This document shows positions 8,011 through 12,781 of a stretch of 12,781 nt of DNA, piece after piece. Source of the stretch: Candidatus Hodarchaeota archaeon. Its GTDB lineage: Archaea; Asgardarchaeota; Heimdallarchaeia; Hodarchaeales; Hodarchaeaceae. The stretch lies in NCBI GenBank assembly GCA_016839785.1, contig JAEOTQ010000193.1:1-12781 (forward strand). The letters are read 5' to 3'. The notes beneath the pieces were generated by a model that saw only the letters and a program-made list of their open reading frames with translations, was not told the DNA's origin and made no database searches. Position 1 is the first letter of the stretch. The number at the start of each line of letters is the position of its first letter. The translations under genes and the position numbers were made by a program.

Positions 8011-8847
8011 TCAATCTCCACCAAATATCTTTGGAATAATCCGTATGAGTGTTGTGGAGAAAATATGATCAGGTTGATTAAGAGTATAAATAATACGTGA
8101 ATATTCAAGGTTTTGAAGCATTTTCATTGTTTCCAATAATTCAGCTTTTTGAAGTTCGAGATCTGTTGGAATCCAACCGAGAAATTCAGCTTGATTGTTT
8201 CCAATTTCTCTAGAAAATCGTTTTTCGATGAGTTGTTTCATTTTATGAGTTATTTCCTCATTTCGGACCATTTCATCAGGAATTTGGTTTGCTAATACAA
8301 AGACACGTGTCTTCAGATGTTCCTGCAATGCAGTGACCATACTAGTCGTGCCAAGAATATCAGCATTGCTTAGTTTAATAACAAAGAGGCTAACATCCGT
8401 TAATAGCATTGCATTTATGGTAGCATACCCTGTACCAGGAGAACAGTCGAGAATTAAATAATCAATTGAATAATCGTGTGTAATAGCTTTTTTGAGATCA
8501 ACAAGCCCTTGAAGCATCTTAAATGACTCTTTTTTATCGATTATAATTACTGACTGAATTGATTCAGGTGTTGGGTCGGCAAATCCAATTAACAACGATC
8601 CAGGAAAATTCAAATATTTCGCGTGTAATTGAAGACAGTTATATAGAGGTTCGGATCCAAATAAATAATTATTCAACCATTTTACCTTTGGATTCTTTTT
8701 AAAAAAGGTCATTATAGACGGCCCATGGAAATCCAGATCAAGAAGACAAACTTTTTTACCTATTTTAGTAAAGTACATCGCCAAATTCACAGCAATACTA
8801 CTTTTCCCGACACCGCCTTTATTCGAAAGAATGGAGAGAGATTTCAA
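8011..8847 (-). CDS. MinD/ParA family P-loop ATPase
   Basis: Deviant Walker A KGGVGKS with the signature Lys, A' motif LLDLDFHGP, Walker B YLILDCSPG, VLANQ and LGWIPTD. TTG start with GAGGA upstream. Confidence 0.92.
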   Translation of the reverse strand: MKSLSILSNKGGVGKSSIAVNLAMYFTKIGKKVCLLDLDFHGPSIMTFFKKNPKVKWLNNYLFGSEPLYNCLQLHAKYLNFPGSLLIGFADPTPESIQSVIIIDKKESFKMLQGLVDLKKAITHDYSIDYLILDCSPGTGYATINAMLLTDVSLFVIKLSNADILGTTSMVTALQEHLKTRVFVLANQIPDEMVRNEEITHKMKQLIEKRFSREIGNNQAEFLGWIPTDLELQKAELLETMKMLQNLEYSRIIYTLNQPDHIFSTTLIRIIPKIFGGD

Positions 8848-8979
8848 CTACATCGTCCTCTGTTCAATGCAAAATGAGCCATTATTTTTGGTATTTCGGT
8901 ACTGAATTGAACCTAATTTTTTTTAATGACATCAGGAATATAACAATTCATTATTATATTTGTGTGTCAATTATTTTGT

Positions 8980-9687
8980 TTAATATAAACAGAAATAACA
9001 TTTCTTCCCCCTATTTTCCGTTGTTTTAACATATCCTAGTTCGATTAATGTTTGCAAGTTCTTTTCAGTAGCAGACAAGTCATATTCAGCCTCTTGGGCT
9101 ATCTCATCAAGTGTTCCTCTACGCAAGTGAATTAGTGCTAACACTGTTGGATGTAAGTCCTTAGGTAAACTGAATATTTCATCTGGACTCAAAATTTTCT
9201 CGGGTTTATCCAGTTCCTGCTGTTTAGCTGATACCAAATCATTGATTCTTTGGGAAATCGTAGAAAGAAAACTAGAATCAATATCTTGAACTGAATGTTT
9301 ATTTTTTAAAACGGAACATAATAACCCTGTAAGAGAATCTTTGCAGAGAATAACTGCTGTGTCTAAATGTTTAGAATAAGTAATAATGAACATTGCAGGA
9401 GTCATTCCTCCCTCAAGTTGGATCCGAGTGTCTTCGACTACTGGATCTTCTATTAAAAAGCTGAAGGAAACAAAGTTCCACTCATAATCTGAATCACTCA
9501 CACGTGTCGTTTGTGGGAAAGGGCCATAAAGCCTTTCAAATTCTCCATATTGGTATAGAACTGCACTATATTCAATCATTGAAAGTAATTGATTATCGTC
9601 AAAGAGACAAGTTTCATTTTTCTCTTTCACAAGCCACCCTTTGTCTGTAAAAGAACCAAAACATACCCCAATATGCACGCATTTCAC
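8980..9687 (-). CDS. Putative longin/uDENN-like N-terminal domain fused to a C-terminal winged helix-turn-helix
   Basis: The C-terminal wHTH SLPKDLHPTVLALIHLRRGTLDEIAQEA...NLQTLIELGYVKTTENRGKKCYF is clear. The N-terminal beta-beta-alpha-beta-beta-beta-alpha pattern (GVCFGSF..G, LYGPFP, FSFLIED..D.R, MFIITY) suggests a longin-like fold, which is inference. The start may be GTG 9678, which has GGTGA upstream. Confidence 0.65.
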   Translation of the reverse strand: MKCVHIGVCFGSFTDKGWLVKEKNETCLFDDNQLLSMIEYSAVLYQYGEFERLYGPFPQTTRVSDSDYEWNFVSFSFLIEDPVVEDTRIQLEGGMTPAMFIITYSKHLDTAVILCKDSLTGLLCSVLKNKHSVQDIDSSFLSTISQRINDLVSAKQQELDKPEKILSPDEIFSLPKDLHPTVLALIHLRRGTLDEIAQEAEYDLSATEKNLQTLIELGYVKTTENRGKKCYFCLY

Positions 9688-10112
9688 CTTGATAACTTAC
9701 ATTCAATATTTCTATGTTCAAAGAAGTGAGGGATTAGTGAATGGAAAATTATTAGTCATTACACTGATAAACAATGCTTTCGATGCATTTCTTAATAAAG
9801 ATGTAGCTTCATACTCAAGGAATTTTCATAATTATATCTCTTTTAGCTTTAAATTCGTGATATCAACAAGAATAAATGTATTTTTCAATTCTTACTTCTA
9901 TTAAAAGCAGCTAAAGAAGGATTACATAAGGATTTGATGTTTTAACAAGAATAGAATACATTAAATAACATTTTTTTTATTTGAGATCATTCTTAAAGAA
10001 TTAATACTCATTATTTGAACTCATATCACAACAGTGAGCTCAATAAGCAGAATTCCCTCCTTGATGGGGAAATGGGGCGTTATAATTATAATGTCATAGT
10101 AGTAATAACTTA

Positions 10113-10160
10113 GAAAAGTTAATAAAGGAGTAATTTCCTGAGATCAATGAGCTCAGAAAT
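10113..10160 (+). promoter_or_regulatory. BRE/TATA plus dyad operator for the secreted-protein genes
   Basis: GAAAAG-TTAATAAA (10113-10126) followed by ATTTC-C-TGAGATCA-A-TGAGCTCA-GAAAT (10133-10160), which spans the expected transcription start. Confidence 0.55.
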
Positions 10161-10206
10161 CAACGAAATTATTTCTATGCTCATTTAAAAGAACGAAAAT
10201 GGAGGC

Positions 10207-10824
10207 TTGAAAATTAGAATTTCTAAAGTGACAAAAATTAGTCTTGTGATACTAGTAACTGTATTGGCATTCAGCATGGTAATGCCCGTTTCTGCAGGAG
10301 TTCCAACAAAACTCCAAAAGGTGATTGATGACCCCTCTTCAGTTCAGATTAGCGCTTGGGATCTTGATTTACCCCCGTGGGCTGATGGATATTATGACCC
10401 AGTCAAAAAAGCTATTGTTCAAGAATATCCTTCAGACACTCTGTTATACATTGTGCATGGAATTAGGATACAAAAACCAAATCTTGTTCCTAAACAGGAC
10501 AAGGAAGAAGGTTGGTGGCATCCATTTCTTATTGAAGTTTTTATAGATGGACAGGAGATTCAAATGCTGCGGTATGCTTCGCCTAGGGATTTTGATGGTG
10601 ATGGCAAAATCGATGCCATTACGTGGCGGTTTTATCATATTTTTGAACCAGGAGACCTCCCAGTAGGAGATCATACATTTGATATTCACTTTTATGTAAA
10701 ATCTGGTCTGTGGTTTGAATATTTACAGACACAAACCGAATACTACGCTGGTCGGCCTTATCCATGGGACCCAAATCCTCCCTATGATGTTCAAGCTCTT
10801 ATAATACGCATTGTAGAGGATTAA
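10207..10824 (+). CDS. Secreted hypothetical protein, beta-rich, with one DxDxDG Ca-binding loop
   Basis: Signal peptide KISLVILVTVLAFSMVMPVSA; DFDGDGKID at 10588-10614; no C-terminal anchor. Start is TTG 10207 or GTG 10228. Confidence 0.8.
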   Translation: MKIRISKVTKISLVILVTVLAFSMVMPVSAGVPTKLQKVIDDPSSVQISAWDLDLPPWADGYYDPVKKAIVQEYPSDTLLYIVHGIRIQKPNLVPKQDKEEGWWHPFLIEVFIDGQEIQMLRYASPRDFDGDGKIDAITWRFYHIFEPGDLPVGDHTFDIHFYVKSGLWFEYLQTQTEYYAGRPYPWDPNPPYDVQALIIRIVED

Positions 10825-10879
10825 ATTAGAAAATGGTCATATATCAATCTTATTCTGAAGGAAACTAGAGTGATGTAAC

Positions 10880-12319
10880 ATGAAGCGAAAAACCGTTTTT
10901 ATTTTCCTCTTTATTGGGGTGTATTTGATTCTAATTAGTACATCCCCATTGATAAGAGCTTTGACATTCTCGACATCCAAGACAATTTCCCCTAGAAAAG
11001 CAATCTCGTACACGGCACATTCTCCTATCAAAATTTTTGGAAATGCGAGTTTCAAAAATACAGCACAGAGTGAAGGATGGCCTGGAGATGGTAGTGAAAG
11101 TAATCCTTATGTAATTGAGGGACTTGAAATTACTGGATCATCCTCCGACCTGACTTTAATCTTGATTGAGAAAACTGATGTTTATTTTAAAATTTCTAAT
11201 AACTCATTAGATGGAAAGAAACAAACTCAAGATGGTATCAAGCTCTTCAGCGTTAGTAATGGTATGATTCTGGATAATGAAGTCAAGAATTGTCTCTATG
11301 CGGGGATTAGTATTCAAAACTCAGCGACTAATACAATTTCAGGAAATACTGTCTCAAAAAATGGAAGATCAGGAACTTGGAAAGCTAATTATTGGAAGCT
11401 TGACCTTTGTGGTATGAATTTAATCGCCTCTCATTCAAATGAGATAACAAATAATACTATCACTTCTAATAATATTCATGGTATTAGTTTAGACGCCTCA
11501 TCTAATAATCTTCTATTAAAAAATGAAATTTCTGGACAGGAAGTGGGTTTGGGACTATTTCGGGGTGCTAATTACAATACTATATCAGAAAACGAGATTT
11601 TTTCCTGTCCTGATACTGGAATATTTTCTTATGATGCCACACAAGGAGATGTACTGGCTGAGAATTCTCATAATATTGTGACAAAAAATATTTTTCATAA
11701 AAATCGAGGTACTGGGGTCAATATGGGTGCAATTCAATTTTGTGGGTCAAATAACACGGTCTCATACAATGAATTTTACGATAACTCTATTTCAATCACA
11801 ATAGGGATGCGATGGCATGGGGTCCAGTATAATTGGCAAGCACAAAACATTATTGTAGCCCACAATATCATCTATACAAGCAGTATTGGTATTTTGGTGA
11901 AATACGCTAACCAAGCAGTTATAATGAACAATTCAATCTATCAAAATAGTAATTATGGACTTGAAATCACAAATCAGTCTTCTCAAACCATTGTCAAATG
12001 GAATGATTTTCTTGATAACAATGTTGAAGGAGATTCTCAAGCGGTAGATAACGGCATAAACAACACCTTTTCTTCGAACTACTGGGGGAGTCTCTCCACT
12101 GACTCGTATTCTATTGCAGGTACGGCAGGAAATGTTGATTCGTCGCCATTAGCATCATTAAAACGTGTTGAAGAGTATAGTCAAGTGTATTTCCCCGCTA
12201 CCTCTGATACATCTACTACCACTACCTCCACCTCTAAAACAAGTCTGGGTTGGCAAATAATTCTTGTTCTGCCAATTATATTTGTTTTTGGAATAATTCA
12301 AAAGAAGAAAAGGATGTAA
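10880..12319 (+). CDS. NosD-like right-handed parallel beta-helix surface protein with C-terminal anchor
   Basis: Signal peptide; HSPIKIFGN...EGWPGDGSESNPYVIEGLEI cap; repeated GIxLxxSxxNxIxxNxI rungs; DNGINNTFSSNYW...DSSPL end motif; Thr/Ser linker + GW + hydrophobic helix + KKKR. SD-like GAGTGA upstream. Confidence 0.9.
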   Translation: MKRKTVFIFLFIGVYLILISTSPLIRALTFSTSKTISPRKAISYTAHSPIKIFGNASFKNTAQSEGWPGDGSESNPYVIEGLEITGSSSDLTLILIEKTDVYFKISNNSLDGKKQTQDGIKLFSVSNGMILDNEVKNCLYAGISIQNSATNTISGNTVSKNGRSGTWKANYWKLDLCGMNLIASHSNEITNNTITSNNIHGISLDASSNNLLLKNEISGQEVGLGLFRGANYNTISENEIFSCPDTGIFSYDATQGDVLAENSHNIVTKNIFHKNRGTGVNMGAIQFCGSNNTVSYNEFYDNSISITIGMRWHGVQYNWQAQNIIVAHNIIYTSSIGILVKYANQAVIMNNSIYQNSNYGLEITNQSSQTIVKWNDFLDNNVEGDSQAVDNGINNTFSSNYWGSLSTDSYSIAGTAGNVDSSPLASLKRVEEYSQVYFPATSDTSTTTTSTSKTSLGWQIILVLPIIFVFGIIQKKKRM

Positions 12320-12330
12320 TGACCAAAAAA

Positions 12331-12359
12331 CCTTTCTGTTCTCCCTTATTCCTTTTTTT
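12331..12359 (+). terminator. Probable archaeal oligo-T terminator
   Basis: Pyrimidine-rich tract ending in T7 (12353-12359), starting 12 nt after the beta-helix gene stop. Confidence 0.45.
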
Positions 12360-12542
12360 ACATTTGGAGTTCTGTTAGTCTACAACAGTTTGTGTCTGAG
12401 TTCAGTCAAATCAATTTTTTCATAATAACGAGAGTACCTGTTATCTTAACGTAAACCTTAAATTTGTATTCATCTGTTGAAAACCGTTTTATAAAAGGAA
12501 ATTACAGTTCATGAATAATGAATGATATAGAACTTTGTTGTT

Positions 12543-12781
12543 CTAACGTAAGCCAAACAATCGGTTCATTTTAGCAAAAAATAAGTCGTAGGCGTTAAAC
12601 ATTGTTTGGACGTTTCGAAAAATTCGTACTCGTGGTAACATTGTACGCATTTTAACTGCCCTGTGATCTAAGATAAGACTTGCAGCAAAGTCTGATTCAG
12701 ATCTAATCCCTCGTCCAATTGCTTGTGAAATTCCCCGTGTCACTGGTAACCTTGTGAGGTATTTAGCCATTTGCCAACCCC
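12543..12781 (-). CDS. C-terminus of an XPD/Rad3/DinG-family SF2 DNA helicase (partial)
   Basis: The frame is open to the right edge (..GWQMAKYL). QAIGRGIRSESDFAASLILDHR matches XPD/DinG motif VI QxxGRxIRxxxDxxxxxxxDxR, so the ATG at 12770 is internal. Confidence 0.85.
   Translation of the reverse strand, partial: GWQMAKYLTRLPVTRGISQAIGRGIRSESDFAASLILDHRAVKMRTMLPRVRIFRNVQTMFNAYDLFFAKMNRLFGLR

Noticed and set aside
8845-8860. In-frame ATG-TAG directly before the MinD TTG start (possible amber readthrough or minimal uORF)
   Set aside because: GAGGA spacing fits the TTG, readthrough would add only two residues, and nothing else in the window supports recoding.
9641-9904. 87-aa ORF
   Set aside because: TTG start overlapping the opposite gene; F/I/N-rich composition typical of AT-rich non-coding DNA.
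10325-11055. ORFs 10325-10546, 10444-10689 and 10837-11055
   Set aside because: Alternative-frame or antisense shadows of the secreted-protein genes.
12543-12770. 75-aa stand-alone small protein
   Set aside because: The frame continues off the window and carries helicase motif VI, so it is a gene end.
1-12781. CRISPR array, tRNA/rRNA, transposase or integrase
   Set aside because: No repeat-spacer periodicity, no GC-rich structured RNA segment and no recombinase motifs were seen by eye.

Overview
AT-rich archaeal-style window. It is most likely from an Asgard archaeon (Heimdallarchaeia/Hodarchaeales-like); this is inferred from the Arf-like small GTPase, the Thr-rich linker + TM + basic-tail surface anchors, and TATA/BRE promoters. 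Left to right: N-terminus of a ribbon-helix-helix protein (-, partial, missed by the ORF track) whose TATA box sits inside an inverted repeat; a 1002-aa family-5 ABC substrate-binding protein that looks circularly permuted and is C-terminally anchored (-); a divergent single-pass surface protein with an 8-bladed FG-GAP/PQQ-like propeller and 14 acidic Ca-binding repeats (+); a four-gene convergent cluster, TrmB-like HTH -> Arf-like GTPase (+) facing putative longin/uDENN-like+wHTH protein -> MinD/ParA ATPase (-); a ~520-bp intergenic region with repeated TGAG(A/C)TCA boxes; two secreted proteins (one unknown, one NosD-like beta-helix); and the C-terminus of an XPD/Rad3/DinG-type helicase (-). 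The best candidate for an undescribed system is the HTH/GTPase/MinD/longin-HTH cluster. All family calls come from motif recognition by eye; no searches were run.
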